Assembly: GCA_963719945.1 (NCBI GenBank) | Contig: CAVRDX010000001.1 | Coordinates: forward strand, 192,001-256,000 | Reading direction: 5' to 3' | Origin: an uncultured Thermoplasmata archaeon | GTDB lineage: Archaea > Thermoplasmatota > Thermoplasmata > UBA10834 | Length of the DNA stretch: 64,000 nt | In this document: positions 1 through 10,286 of the stretch, piece after piece | Layout: the number at the start of each line of letters is the position of its first letter | Numbering within the stretch: position 1 is the first letter of the stretch | The notes under the pieces: generated by a model | The model's database searches: none | What the model was told of the DNA's origin: nothing | The model's input: only the letters and a program-made list of their open reading frames with translations | Position numbers and translations under genes: made by a program

Positions 1-215
1 CCCTTGACCTCCCATGCCACGCTCTTCTTGTCGAGCTTGAGTCCGACGGAGTCGTGCCATGCCCTGGAGATCCCTTCGCCGCATCTGACGGGAGAACCGA
101 TCTCCTGGCGCTTCTCTACCATAAGGACTCGAGCTCCATTCTTGGCTGCCCATTTCGCAGTCATGGAACCGGCCGGTCCAGCACCCACGATCACAATATC
201 ATAGTCCCGCTTCAT
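1..215 (-). CDS. Geranylgeranyl reductase (DGGGPL reductase family), 5' part only; runs off the window edge
   Basis: Not in ORF track. Manual translation from ATG at 215: [48 protein letters not shown] (GxGxxG FAD motif plus RCGEG typical of archaeal GGR). Confidence 0.9.
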   Translation of the reverse strand, partial: MKRDYDIVIVGAGPAGSMTAKWAAKNGARVLMVEKRQEIGSPVRCGEGISRAWHDSVGLKLDKKSVAWEVK

Positions 216-216
216 A

Positions 217-414
217 TCAGGCACTCTCCACGAGCTTGATCGCGCCTACTGGGCACGCCTTTATGCACCTCTTGCACAAAGTACAGCTGTCGTTGAATTC
301 AAGGACTACCTCTCTCAGGTAGATGGCGTTCTGGGGGCACGATCCCACGCAGGCACCGCAGTGCATGCACTTGTCTATGTTGACTTCGAATTCATCGAGT
401 TGGTCCTTCTTCAA
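217..414 (-). CDS. 2x[4Fe-4S] ferredoxin
   Basis: Two CxxCxxCxxxCP motifs in 65 aa. Confidence 0.93.
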   Translation of the reverse strand: MKKDQLDEFEVNIDKCMHCGACVGSCPQNAIYLREVVLEFNDSCTLCKRCIKACPVGAIKLVESA

Positions 415-425
415 AGATAATCACC

Positions 426-1979
426 TCACGTGTACTGATCACCGTGTCTCTTCCTCCACTCGTCCAATGGGATGGAGAAGCGCTTCTCCACATCGGTCCT
501 GTACACTGGACCAGAGTTGTAGGCGCAGAAAGGAATCAGCTTCATGTCTGGAGTGGTGTAATGAATGCTGCATCTCTTCACCCTCTCGACATCGTAGTTA
601 TACGAGTCCATGAAGTGCATCGCGCCGACATACATCATGTTCCAGCTGAACTTGGACAATCCCTTTTTCGTATCCTCTGAGAAGACCCGCTTGAGCACGT
701 TCAGGAACTCCATTACGTTCATGCCTTCGGGCAGCTGGTCCTTCTTGATATGTTCCTTGATCAGGTTGTATGCCTTGACTTTCGTGAACAGCTGGACCTT
801 CTTACCGCTCGCCTTCTTCGCCAGCTCGTATAGTTCCGCGAACAGCGAATCGACATCTATGAATTTCGTGAGCGGGACCACATGTTCGTTGTCCTTCACG
901 AAGAGGTAAGTCGCGAGCCCACAGTGCGTGTGGTTCGTGAAGGTGACCATGTTCCTACCGGCGATGGCACCGACGAGTTCGGATACTGCCACGACTGTTG
1001 GTACGGGGTACCAGTCGGATGCCTTGATCTTGCCACCCGATTGTCTCTCCACATCGTGAATGAGGTCCGTGAGCGTGTATCTCCCCTTCACCAGCTCCTC
1101 ACGTGTCATCCTCCCGGTGAACGCGACGGGCTGGAAATTGACCCCTCTGATGACATCCATATTCTTCAGGGCATAATCGAGTATGGGCCATACCTGGTCA
1201 TCGTTGACCTCTTTGACTATCGTGGGGACCAGGACGATCGATGGGTGCGTCGACAGCTGTCTGAAGTTCTCAACTACCTTCTGTTTCGTCGCGAGGAGGT
1301 CCTTCCCTCTCGCCCTCTCGTAGATCTCGGACTTCATGCCATCGAACTGCAGGTACAATGTGTTGAGACCTGCCTCGCTGGCCTTCTTGCAGAACTCAAG
1401 GCTCTTTGCGAATTCTATGCCGTTCGTCGCTGCTTGGACCTGTGCGAACCCCATCTCTCTGGCAGCCTTTATGACATCGAAGAACCGTGGGTAGATCGTC
1501 GGTTCCCCGCCGGAGAACTGGACCGCTGGGCATGGCACTGGCCTCTGCGATCGCAGGAGCTTGAGCATTTTAATGACGGTGTCATAATCTGGTTCGTATA
1601 CGTAACCTGCAGAATTGGCGTTGGCGAAGCAGATCGGACACTTCAGGTTGCATCTGTTGGTAAGGTCGAGGTTGGCAAGCGCCGTGTGGCTAAGGTGAAG
1701 GTCGCAGAGGCCGCAGTCGAACGGGCACTGCTTCGCCTTCGGTATTGCGGGGTCAATGACTCCCACTCCATCCTTTGCCCACTTCTCGACCCTCAGGTAT
1801 GTCTTAACATCGGACCAGACGACATCCTTGAAACTGCCGTGCTGCGGGCAAGTCTTCTCCATAACGACCTTTCCGCCATCTTCGCGGATGGTCGCTTGAA
1901 TGATAGACAGACATTCTGGACACAGGCTCTCCGTGGTCTTTGGCAAGCCTTTTGCTAACGTTGAGTCTTTTGTCAGCAT
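426..1979 (-). CDS. tes: Tetraether lipid synthase (Tes / GDGT-MAS, MJ0619 family radical SAM)
   Basis: N-terminal CPEC..CPQH, CPFDCGLCxxH, radical SAM CNLKCPIC, FSGGEPT, C-terminal HCG/RCSIH/PFCAYN; start moved to ATG 1979 (MLTKDS) to avoid overlap with the divergent gene. Confidence 0.9.
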   Translation of the reverse strand: MLTKDSTLAKGLPKTTESLCPECLSIIQATIREDGGKVVMEKTCPQHGSFKDVVWSDVKTYLRVEKWAKDGVGVIDPAIPKAKQCPFDCGLCDLHLSHTALANLDLTNRCNLKCPICFANANSAGYVYEPDYDTVIKMLKLLRSQRPVPCPAVQFSGGEPTIYPRFFDVIKAAREMGFAQVQAATNGIEFAKSLEFCKKASEAGLNTLYLQFDGMKSEIYERARGKDLLATKQKVVENFRQLSTHPSIVLVPTIVKEVNDDQVWPILDYALKNMDVIRGVNFQPVAFTGRMTREELVKGRYTLTDLIHDVERQSGGKIKASDWYPVPTVVAVSELVGAIAGRNMVTFTNHTHCGLATYLFVKDNEHVVPLTKFIDVDSLFAELYELAKKASGKKVQLFTKVKAYNLIKEHIKKDQLPEGMNVMEFLNVLKRVFSEDTKKGLSKFSWNMMYVGAMHFMDSYNYDVERVKRCSIHYTTPDMKLIPFCAYNSGPVYRTDVEKRFSIPLDEWRKRHGDQYT

Positions 1980-2016
1980 GATATCCCTATCCCGGAGATA
2001 GATTTTCAGGCGATGA

Positions 2017-2046
2017 TTTATACCTTGTGTAGCTATTACGGCTACA
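2017..2046. promoter_or_regulatory. Shared bidirectional TATA (TTTATA 2017-2022) and inverted repeat TGTAGC-N7-GCTACA (2028-2046)
   Basis: Seen in the 68-bp tes/trmB intergenic region; the repeat ends 1 nt before the trmB ATG. Confidence 0.55.
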
Positions 2047-2047
2047 A

Positions 2048-2794
2048 ATGGACCTAAAAGCGACCATTGCACGGCTTGGAGGCAATGCTGACGAGCTCAT
2101 GGCCGAGTACACTAGGATATCTGGAGCACTCTCCAAATTCGGTTTATCGGATTACGAATCGAGGGCTTACATCGCTCTCGTGGCGCTCGGCCCTTCTTCT
2201 GCCAATTTTGTAGCGGACGTTGCGCAGATTCCGAGGACATCTTCGTACAAAGTCATGATATCCCTCATGGAGAAGGGTTTTGTTCAAACGAAACAGGGCA
2301 GGCCTCGAATATTCTCTCCAATTCCTCCGTCGGATCTCTCAGAACGATTCATCGCGGAGATCAAGGAGTCATTCTCAAAGATCAACTCTGTTCGTAACAT
2401 ACTCTCCGACAAAGGCATCCCCCAGCTGGTCTACACCATATTGGGAAAGGATCGAGTGCTCGACAAGATCGGTGAGATGATAGACAAGGCGGAGCACACC
2501 TTCGTAATATCCTCCCCATCGTTTCCCGCAATCAGAAGACGTCTGGGCAAGAGGTTCGGGAGCGCCGTTAGCAGAGGGGTCCATGTGAAGGTCATAACAA
2601 CACCTTTCGTCAAAGCTCCAAAGGATATCGAGGTCGTCCGCAGGGAGGGTCTGATCGCCACGGATGTGATCAGTGATGGCAAGGCCGCCCTCCTGGCAGC
2701 TGCCGATCTCTCGGCTTGTGGGTATACGGATAACGAGTCGCTCGCCGCGCACCTCGAGGAATTTCTGAGGATTATGTCCGACCGTCAATCCTAA
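2048..2794 (+). CDS. TrmB-family transcriptional regulator
   Basis: FGLSDYESRAYIAL...IPRTSSYKVM.SL.EKGFV...GRPRIF wHTH plus PLD-like effector domain. Confidence 0.9.
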   Translation: MDLKATIARLGGNADELMAEYTRISGALSKFGLSDYESRAYIALVALGPSSANFVADVAQIPRTSSYKVMISLMEKGFVQTKQGRPRIFSPIPPSDLSERFIAEIKESFSKINSVRNILSDKGIPQLVYTILGKDRVLDKIGEMIDKAEHTFVISSPSFPAIRRRLGKRFGSAVSRGVHVKVITTPFVKAPKDIEVVRREGLIATDVISDGKAALLAAADLSACGYTDNESLAAHLEEFLRIMSDRQS

Positions 2795-2929
2795 CCTCTC
2801 ATGGTTCATGTTTGTCCTATGCCGGCGCCTTGAACAAGCAAAATTATTATAGCTATATGTCGGATTGCAGTCAGTACTCCTGAAATGGACATAAATGTCC
2901 ATCGAATGGATACTAACGGGGGAAGAGAA

Positions 2930-4327
2930 ATGAGAAGAGCACCAACTTGCGTTTTGATTATGGGTTTGTTGCTGTCCGCTTCGATGGCGATGACTGGCAT
3001 AATTGCGAATGCTGGCACCGCCCCGAAAGCTGTAGAAGAAGGACCTGGTTCATGGACCGTCTTCGTCTACTTGGACGGGGATAACAACCTTGAGAGCTAT
3101 GCGATTGACGATCTGCTCGAGATGGAATCCGTAGGATCCACGGATGATGTGACCATAATCGTGCTTCTGGATACTTTGACATATGTGGAAGGCACCCACT
3201 GGCTTTTGATCGAGAAAGGCGTATCGCACTACGATGCCGAGAGCCAGGAGCTGGACTGCGATTGCGATTTGTTCCCTGAAGTAGACTGCCCAGACGAGGT
3301 TGACATGGGCGATGGCACAAAGTTGACTTGGGCCGTCGTGACTGCGTTCACATTCGCTCCAGCTGATTACTACATGCTCGTGCTCTGGGACCACGGCGGT
3401 GGATGGAGAGGCGTCTGCTACGATGACAGCTCCCCTGCAATCGGCACGGATGGCTGGGTATCAAGGCTGACGACTCCTGAGACTGCTGCCTCATTGGCGG
3501 CTGCTCAAACCGAGCTTAGGAAGGGTGTGGACAAGGATTACAAGCTGACAATCCTCGGCTACGATGCCTGTCTGAACGCAATGATCGAGGTCATCTACGA
3601 AAACCGGTATATCGCGGACTACATGTTCGCATCGATCAACCTCGTGCCTGGTCCGGGAATGGGTTATGCTGGGTTCCTGGAAGTGATGACTGAGGATTCG
3701 CCAACGGTTCAGGAAGTAGGGATTGCCGTCGTTGATTCATATGTCGACTTCTACGAGAACCTGGTCTCTGAGTCGGGACAGGGCACTGAGTATTGTGCCG
3801 ATGTGACGCTTTCATTCGTGCGTCTCGGAGAGCCCGTGACGAACCTGGTCAAGGGCATCAACGCGCTGGCGAAGGAGATGTTCGTGGGCAGCTATCTGAA
3901 CGACAGCCGCTACAGAGGTGCGATCGAATCCGCTGAATCGCAGACTCCGAGGATACCCACATATGAGGGTGAGCAGCTGCCGTTCATAGACCTCGGTTTG
4001 TACGCTGAACTCCTGGGGCAGAAGATACCAGAGCTTCTCCCGCTGACCACCACGATTGTGAATGGTGTGGATGACGTCGTCGTGTATGAGAACCATGTGA
4101 CCGCTGCTGGCGGAGGCATACTCAGAACCTCGGGTATATCGATATACTTCACATGCTGCAGCCACTGGATCAACCCTGCATATTGGTTCGAGGACATCGA
4201 GGACGCCGAACTCTACGGCCTGAACACGCTCTATTACGGCATGGCCTTCACCGTAGATACCTGGTGGGACGAGATGGTATTCACGTTCACACAGGCCTAT
4301 GACGAGAGCGTGCTAGACTTCGACTAA
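2930..4327 (+). CDS. Secreted clostripain-family (C11) cysteine peptidase
   Basis: Signal peptide; WTVFVYLDGDNNLE, WDHGGGW (catalytic His), YDACL (catalytic Cys); start placed at ATG 2930 after a G-rich RBS. Confidence 0.88.
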   Translation: MRRAPTCVLIMGLLLSASMAMTGIIANAGTAPKAVEEGPGSWTVFVYLDGDNNLESYAIDDLLEMESVGSTDDVTIIVLLDTLTYVEGTHWLLIEKGVSHYDAESQELDCDCDLFPEVDCPDEVDMGDGTKLTWAVVTAFTFAPADYYMLVLWDHGGGWRGVCYDDSSPAIGTDGWVSRLTTPETAASLAAAQTELRKGVDKDYKLTILGYDACLNAMIEVIYENRYIADYMFASINLVPGPGMGYAGFLEVMTEDSPTVQEVGIAVVDSYVDFYENLVSESGQGTEYCADVTLSFVRLGEPVTNLVKGINALAKEMFVGSYLNDSRYRGAIESAESQTPRIPTYEGEQLPFIDLGLYAELLGQKIPELLPLTTTIVNGVDDVVVYENHVTAAGGGILRTSGISIYFTCCSHWINPAYWFEDIEDAELYGLNTLYYGMAFTVDTWWDEMVFTFTQAYDESVLDFD

Positions 4328-4340
4328 ACGATCAAAAACC

Positions 4341-4372
4341 GTGCGGCTGTGAGGCCGCACATCTTATTTTCC
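4341..4372 (+). terminator. Hairpin GTGCGGC-N6-GCCGCAC followed by a T-rich tract
   Basis: Perfect 7-bp stem 14 nt after the clostripain stop, between convergent genes. Confidence 0.6.
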
Positions 4373-4394
4373 TTATCCTTCTAACACCGAAAGG

Positions 4395-5660
4395 TCACTT
4401 GCTCGAGAGAGGCCAACCTCGTTTGCCCCCCTTCTTGTTCTCCGCCTTGATTATGGTCTTGATGAGGAAGGGGGCGTATATTGTCGTGGCTATCGATACG
4501 AGGACTATGATGGAGTAGATGTCGTTGCCAATAGTCCCCATGTTCAGGCCGATCATGGCCACTACGATACCCACTTCTCCTCTGGGTACCATGCCCGCTC
4601 CGACTATGAGCGCAGTCTTCTCGCCCCTTTTCGCAGCGCCGAGGCCGCAGCCGATTAGCTTGCTCAGGATGGCGACCACCGTCAGGATGATCGCGTACGG
4701 TGCTATGGCAGAGAAATTGCCGAAATCGACTCTCGCACCCATGACCACGAAGAAGAACGGGATCAGGAGCACGTTCAGCGGCTCGAACTTGCGTTCCAAT
4801 TCGTAAGTGTCTTTAGTGTCTGAGAATATGAGTCCAGCGAAGAACGCGCCGATTATGGCTGCCAGACCGACGAACGATGCCGCTGCTGAGAGGAAGAAGA
4901 TGACTATCAGGATGATTACGAAGGGCGCCTCCTTCTGAACGAGTTTGTCGAACCAGCTGTCCCTCTTGAATGCCCTTGTCGAGTAGTGGATGGCCCATGT
5001 GCCGTTGACATTCTTGTCATGCCTTATCTCTCTCTTGCCCGAAGCGTACTTCACTATTCTCGTTCCCAGAATGGTCACGATGGCGACGAAGCACACTGCT
5101 TCTGCGATGACGATGACGACATTAAGTGTGGTCAGGCTTCCAGCTGCGGTTCCAGATACGAGCGTGAGGACGATCATCGCGAGTATGTCGTCTATGACTG
5201 CGGCACCAAGGATGATCTTCGCCTCCTGCGAATTGATCATCTTGAGGTCCTGCAACACCCTTGCAGTGATTCCTACGCTCGTTGCGACCAGCGCGGCGCC
5301 GATGAACATCGCCTCAATCGATGAGGCAAACAATAGCAGCGAAACGTAATAACCCATGATGAACGGGACGATGACACCGAGCACTGCGACTGATGCTGCG
5401 ATCATCCCGACCTTCCTAAGATCTGAGAGCTTGGTCTCCATACCTACTGAGAACAGGAGGAATGTCGCGCCAAGCTGGGCAAGCACATCGAAGAAAGCGT
5501 CCTCCTCAGTGATGAGACACAATATCGACGGGCCCAGTATCACCCCTGCCATCAGCTCGCCCGTCACGGCTGGCATTCTCATTCGTTCCATGATCTCGCC
5601 GCCGACCTTCGCAGCAAGAAACGCTACGAAGATCAGAAGGAGAGTCTGTTCAGTCTCCAC
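4395..5660 (-). CDS. Cation:proton antiporter, CPA2 (NapA/KefB-like)
   Basis: ~12 TM helices, ATSVGIT, AAVIDD, PRGEV motifs. Confidence 0.92.
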   Translation of the reverse strand: METEQTLLLIFVAFLAAKVGGEIMERMRMPAVTGELMAGVILGPSILCLITEEDAFFDVLAQLGATFLLFSVGMETKLSDLRKVGMIAASVAVLGVIVPFIMGYYVSLLLFASSIEAMFIGAALVATSVGITARVLQDLKMINSQEAKIILGAAVIDDILAMIVLTLVSGTAAGSLTTLNVVIVIAEAVCFVAIVTILGTRIVKYASGKREIRHDKNVNGTWAIHYSTRAFKRDSWFDKLVQKEAPFVIILIVIFFLSAAASFVGLAAIIGAFFAGLIFSDTKDTYELERKFEPLNVLLIPFFFVVMGARVDFGNFSAIAPYAIILTVVAILSKLIGCGLGAAKRGEKTALIVGAGMVPRGEVGIVVAMIGLNMGTIGNDIYSIIVLVSIATTIYAPFLIKTIIKAENKKGGKRGWPLSSK

Positions 5661-5796
5661 TGCATCCCATCCGAGGATTGAATATCATAATCCGTATTTA
5701 ATTGTGAGCCAGTGGTTCGCGACTACGCCTTACACTCCTGGTATGCTGCATGTAGTTGGAGGGGTTTACACTCGACCGATATCTCAGCTTCATGGG

Positions 5797-8700
5797 ATGA
5801 CTATGAGATATCTGATCTCCAATTCGGGTGCGCGCAGCAAAGAGCGCCATCGACTAACGAGCGATAGATCCGCTCAAATCTCGTTCTCAGTAATCGCTGT
5901 CGTGATCCTTCTTGCATCTACGGCGTCTGGTCTCTATATCGCGAAGAGGGAGATTGATCGCCTATCCGACGAGCGAAGGGTCGAGATGATTCGGTCAATG
6001 GATGCAGCCATATCCGAGGTAAACACCGAATTGGGGCTATTCGCTTCCACAAAGGCCAATGAACTACTCTCGAGTTGGGACGAATATCCGGTGAACGAGT
6101 CTCTGATATCCGAAGAATATTCTCGCATGGTCGAGGCATACATCCTCGATTCGTTCCCTCGAGATCGAAGCGCATTCAGAATCGATGTCCATAACTGGTC
6201 CGGATCCCTATTCTTTGCCGAAAAGAGGACCTTAGATCTCTTGTCTGCAGACGATGGCAAGTCGGCCGAAGTAACGATTGATGGCCAATCGATGGAGTAC
6301 GAAGCCCTTCCAGCTCCATCGGACGACTCCATTGGAGAACAGACGGTGAATCCTTACTACATCGTCATAGGCAACTTCTCGGTCTCTGTCCAGGCTGACG
6401 ATTGTGTCCTCGCCCGGGACGAGTGCTTCGAGAAGCCTTTGCTGTCCGCACTGCCGTTCCTCGAATCCAAGTTGCGTGCATTCGAGATGGCGTCCTCCGG
6501 AGAGTACTCGGACATCGGGAAGATGGTGATGTACATGTTGACGACGCTGTCTCAGTATAGAGTCCTTGACGGTTTCGGCGTGCCCCTGTACTCCAACGGT
6601 TCCACATCAGACATGATCCTCACGGAAGAGGATGTGTACCGTGCGGTGACCGTCGCGTTGCTTCTGGAGCAGGCAAGACTGTTTCGGTCGATCGATGGTT
6701 CCTTTGCTGCAGAGGTGGTCGATGCCTGCGGAGGTAGCATGCTGGGCCTGCTTGCCTTGATGTCGTGCTCGGGCTGCTCGCTCGATCCTGCAGAGCTATT
6801 CCTTTGGTTCCTCGGCTTGAGAGAGCTCCAGCTGGATCCGACAATCGTGATGGCACAGGCCATTGCTGGTATTGCGGACATGCTGGTGGTCAAATACATG
6901 GATTATCTAGGATTCCTGGGATTGTTCGAGGTGGCGGACGAGGTGTTGGAATCGATATCCGATTCCGTCGACAGCGTGATGGAGTTCTTGACTGGGGAGG
7001 ATGATTCCGCTGATGCCGTTTGTTCGTGGATGGAGCGGAGTCTTGAGATCATCGGCTACTCCCCACGGCTCTACACTGAGACATTCTCAAGCGACTGTGA
7101 TTTCTTCGTTCCAGTTCCAGAGAGAGTATACTATGTCGAAGATGTCTCTGGCAATCTCTATCCCGTCTGGGTGGGAGGTATTCTAGCCGACGCGGACGTC
7201 CCCGAATACAACCTTCTGGAATCGGATATGTGGAGAGAATTCTATCCCGTCTTCAAGGAGTGCCAAGGGGAGGTCAAGGATATTCTGTATGATTGCGTCC
7301 AGAGGCTAGCTTTCGACCTCGCCTCCGCATCGTCCATGGACCTTAGCAGCTGTTCGGTCGATCCAAAGGACGGGATGGACGTGTTCTCATTGATGGCTGC
7401 TCATGCCGGCGATGTCACCGTATGTACCGACCCTGAAGCAGTCATGATTGCTGCCAGCACGTTGCCGTTGTATAGCACACAGTTCAAGATAGTTGATCGA
7501 TTCATCGATTTCATCGGCGATCATGAGTCGAGCATATTCCCTGAGGATCTTAGGACTGAGATGTATTCGAATATCGCATCTGTGGTCCTCGACAGCGCCC
7601 GATATGCGTACATACCTGATCTGGGTGTGTCCGTTCGTCAACAACTTGAGGAGATAGTCGAACACGATGTGATGTATGATGATGAATGGGGGGTGTCCGC
7701 ATCCGCCTCGTGGGATTACGACTCCATATGTTCCCTTTACATCGAATGTTTCGAGTCTGCGTTCAATCGGTCCATCGAGCAGGCGGACGATGAGTTCGTC
7801 GGTCCCCTGGTAGATTCATTCGCATCTATGCTCGCATACGGTGCCGGGGGCTTCCCCGGAATCGCGGATCTCCTGGAGATGCAGATCGAGTGCATGGCGA
7901 ATGCCACTTTGGCTCAGAGCCGCATCTCCTCGTACAAACGATCGGTCTATGTGGATATGGCCACTCCATTCGAGTTCTGGGATGGCGAGCGAGAGGCTGC
8001 TGATGAGATATCGTCCATCCTGAACGAGAGCCTCTCTCTCGTGGTCCAAGGAGGTCTCCCACCGCTCACCCAGGTGCCATACGATCCATCGATCGGATAC
8101 TCCTCGATCGAGCAGTTGTTCCCCACGGATGACATCTTGGTCCAGGTGAAGCGACCATGGGATTATGATCGCACCGAACAGGACTATCCGAACACTCACA
8201 TGACTTCGCTGTCTAATGCGTCCGCCACTCCATACTCCACGCAATGGCTGGTCTCAGCAAAGGGTCTCGTGGAGGTCGAGCTCTCGTCCGAGAGCTGCTC
8301 TCTTCTCTCATTGATCTGCGGTGAGGAGAGTTCTCGAGTGCAGATACTGGTGGACATATGCGTCCCGGTCGTGGTCCAATCATCATGGCCTTTGGACGGC
8401 GTAGACTACAATCCCACGAACACCGCGTTGACGGATGCCATCAATGCGGCGAGGAAGTTCTATGAGATACTATGGTCCAAGGTCGAACCACTTGTAGGGT
8501 GGATCAAGGATGGTATGGAGCGGCTATTCACATTCTTCCAGGATGCCTTCGAGACGCTCGCGGGATATGCAACACGTGTCCTCGCATTGGTGGCAAAAGC
8601 TGCTCAATCCATGGTCGAGCTACTTCAGGAATACATCCAGAAGTTCGCTGATTCTGCTTTGGCGAAAGCCGTCAAGCTGTTCATCGACCTTGTGGGGACC

Positions 8701-10233
8701 GTGGAGCTGCGGATCACAATGTATGGCTTCACGATAATCGTGCGCACCAATCTCCCTGACCTCCTCTACAAGAAGTCCCAGGATCTGGTCCGGATCATCG
8801 TATGCACGGACAGGTTCGGTCCTGGCATATCGTTCGGATTCAGGATTGCCAGACTATCCGACGGCAGGTTCGATGTGGTCGTCAACGGGACGCTGTCCCT
8901 GAAGCATGCCACGGTCGAGGTCGTCATCGATCCCCTCATGATCATCCTGAGGAGGTTCGTGGAGGTCCATTGCAAGGCTGAGACATGGGCTCTGGACCTC
9001 GTGATCCCCGAAGCGGAGCCATATGAGATCGCCGAGGTATCGACTTCGAGTCTTCCGGGTGTAGGGCTCCTTCTGTCCAATATACCCATACCTGTCCTGG
9101 GTATGTCCGCCTCGATCGAGGCTGGTTTACGGTTGAAGTACTCGCCGCCTTTCCCTACGGATGTCGTGGTCAACGAGTTCGAGGCGAACCCTCAGGGCGA
9201 TGATTCCGGACGCGAATGGGTGGAGCTGTACAACCCGTTGGCGGAGCCGAGATGCGTGGATGGTTGGGCGATCGAGACATCCCATGGCATGAGCACGGAG
9301 CTGTCGATATCTGGTACTATCCCGGCGAACGGCCTCACGGTCTACACATTCCCAGCGACCTCCATAGACAACGGCTACTCCGGGGACCCGTTCAATGATG
9401 GTGACTCTATCATCCTCAGGGATTCTGCGGGAAAGATCGTCGACGTGACACCCACGCTGAGTGACAGTGCGAATGATGCACGGACACATCAGCGCACTTG
9501 GGACGGTGGCCCCAGATGGCAGCTTCGTGATGGGACCAAGGGTGATTCGAACGGCGCGTCCGTGCTGCTCTCCACATCGGATTTCATAGCGAAGGCTCTC
9601 TTCAAAGCGTTCAAGGATGCGTTCGACGAGACGAAGCTGTCCGAGGTATCAGCATCTCTGGATTTCATCACGCTCCTGGGCAAGCGCATCCTGAACCACT
9701 TCATCGAGAACCTGCTATCCATCGTGAAAGAGGTGATCCATGAGGTCATCATCTACATCGAGGTTACCCTGAACGATGCCAGCGGTTCCGCTGGATTCGG
9801 GTTCAGGACCTCTTTCGTGGTGACGGGAGACGCGATTGTCGACGTGCTTCGCTGGCTCATCCATACGTTCGCGACATTCGTTGTGAACCTTGGACGGGCG
9901 AGCAATCCCATCGCATATCCTCAATTCCCCTCGAGCTTCTTCTCCGGTCTATATATCCGGTTCGAGATGCTGTTCGAAATAGGTACTCCCAAGATGCTGA
10001 ATGTATTGGGGGTTGCGAGCGCCCTGGAGAACAAACTCACCATGGTCGTATCGATCGCTCCCAACATTCCCGCTCTGGGTAAGCTGGTAGGCAAATCATG
10101 GGGTAATTGGGCCGTTGAATTCGGGGTCTATTTGGAGGGGGTGCCAAGGGAGTATGTCTCAGGATTCCTCGTCAAGGACACTGGCAACCTCGTGGACCTA
10201 TGGCTGGTGAAAGGGCGCGCCTACGGCGTGTAG
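5797..10233 (+). CDS. Large membrane-anchored protein with lamin-tail domain (LTD)
   Basis: Start moved to ATG 5797 (upstream part of the ORF overlaps the antiporter); N-terminal hydrophobic helix RSAQISFSVIAVVILL; LTD motif VVVNEFEANPQGDDSGREWVELYNP near 9160-9240. Confidence 0.75.
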   Translation: MTMRYLISNSGARSKERHRLTSDRSAQISFSVIAVVILLASTASGLYIAKREIDRLSDERRVEMIRSMDAAISEVNTELGLFASTKANELLSSWDEYPVNESLISEEYSRMVEAYILDSFPRDRSAFRIDVHNWSGSLFFAEKRTLDLLSADDGKSAEVTIDGQSMEYEALPAPSDDSIGEQTVNPYYIVIGNFSVSVQADDCVLARDECFEKPLLSALPFLESKLRAFEMASSGEYSDIGKMVMYMLTTLSQYRVLDGFGVPLYSNGSTSDMILTEEDVYRAVTVALLLEQARLFRSIDGSFAAEVVDACGGSMLGLLALMSCSGCSLDPAELFLWFLGLRELQLDPTIVMAQAIAGIADMLVVKYMDYLGFLGLFEVADEVLESISDSVDSVMEFLTGEDDSADAVCSWMERSLEIIGYSPRLYTETFSSDCDFFVPVPERVYYVEDVSGNLYPVWVGGILADADVPEYNLLESDMWREFYPVFKECQGEVKDILYDCVQRLAFDLASASSMDLSSCSVDPKDGMDVFSLMAAHAGDVTVCTDPEAVMIAASTLPLYSTQFKIVDRFIDFIGDHESSIFPEDLRTEMYSNIASVVLDSARYAYIPDLGVSVRQQLEEIVEHDVMYDDEWGVSASASWDYDSICSLYIECFESAFNRSIEQADDEFVGPLVDSFASMLAYGAGGFPGIADLLEMQIECMANATLAQSRISSYKRSVYVDMATPFEFWDGEREAADEISSILNESLSLVVQGGLPPLTQVPYDPSIGYSSIEQLFPTDDILVQVKRPWDYDRTEQDYPNTHMTSLSNASATPYSTQWLVSAKGLVEVELSSESCSLLSLICGEESSRVQILVDICVPVVVQSSWPLDGVDYNPTNTALTDAINAARKFYEILWSKVEPLVGWIKDGMERLFTFFQDAFETLAGYATRVLALVAKAAQSMVELLQEYIQKFADSALAKAVKLFIDLVGTVELRITMYGFTIIVRTNLPDLLYKKSQDLVRIIVCTDRFGPGISFGFRIARLSDGRFDVVVNGTLSLKHATVEVVIDPLMIILRRFVEVHCKAETWALDLVIPEAEPYEIAEVSTSSLPGVGLLLSNIPIPVLGMSASIEAGLRLKYSPPFPTDVVVNEFEANPQGDDSGREWVELYNPLAEPRCVDGWAIETSHGMSTELSISGTIPANGLTVYTFPATSIDNGYSGDPFNDGDSIILRDSAGKIVDVTPTLSDSANDARTHQRTWDGGPRWQLRDGTKGDSNGASVLLSTSDFIAKALFKAFKDAFDETKLSEVSASLDFITLLGKRILNHFIENLLSIVKEVIHEVIIYIEVTLNDASGSAGFGFRTSFVVTGDAIVDVLRWLIHTFATFVVNLGRASNPIAYPQFPSSFFSGLYIRFEMLFEIGTPKMLNVLGVASALENKLTMVVSIAPNIPALGKLVGKSWGNWAVEFGVYLEGVPREYVSGFLVKDTGNLVDLWLVKGRAYGV

Positions 10234-10286
10234 GGCCTCCCGCATAAGACTTAAATGCCACCGGGTAATGTGAGACGCGGTCGCAG

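Noticed and set aside
5356-5796. N-terminal 147 codons of the 1625-aa ORF
   Set aside because: Overlaps the antiporter antisense and the divergent promoter; real start is more plausibly 5797/5803
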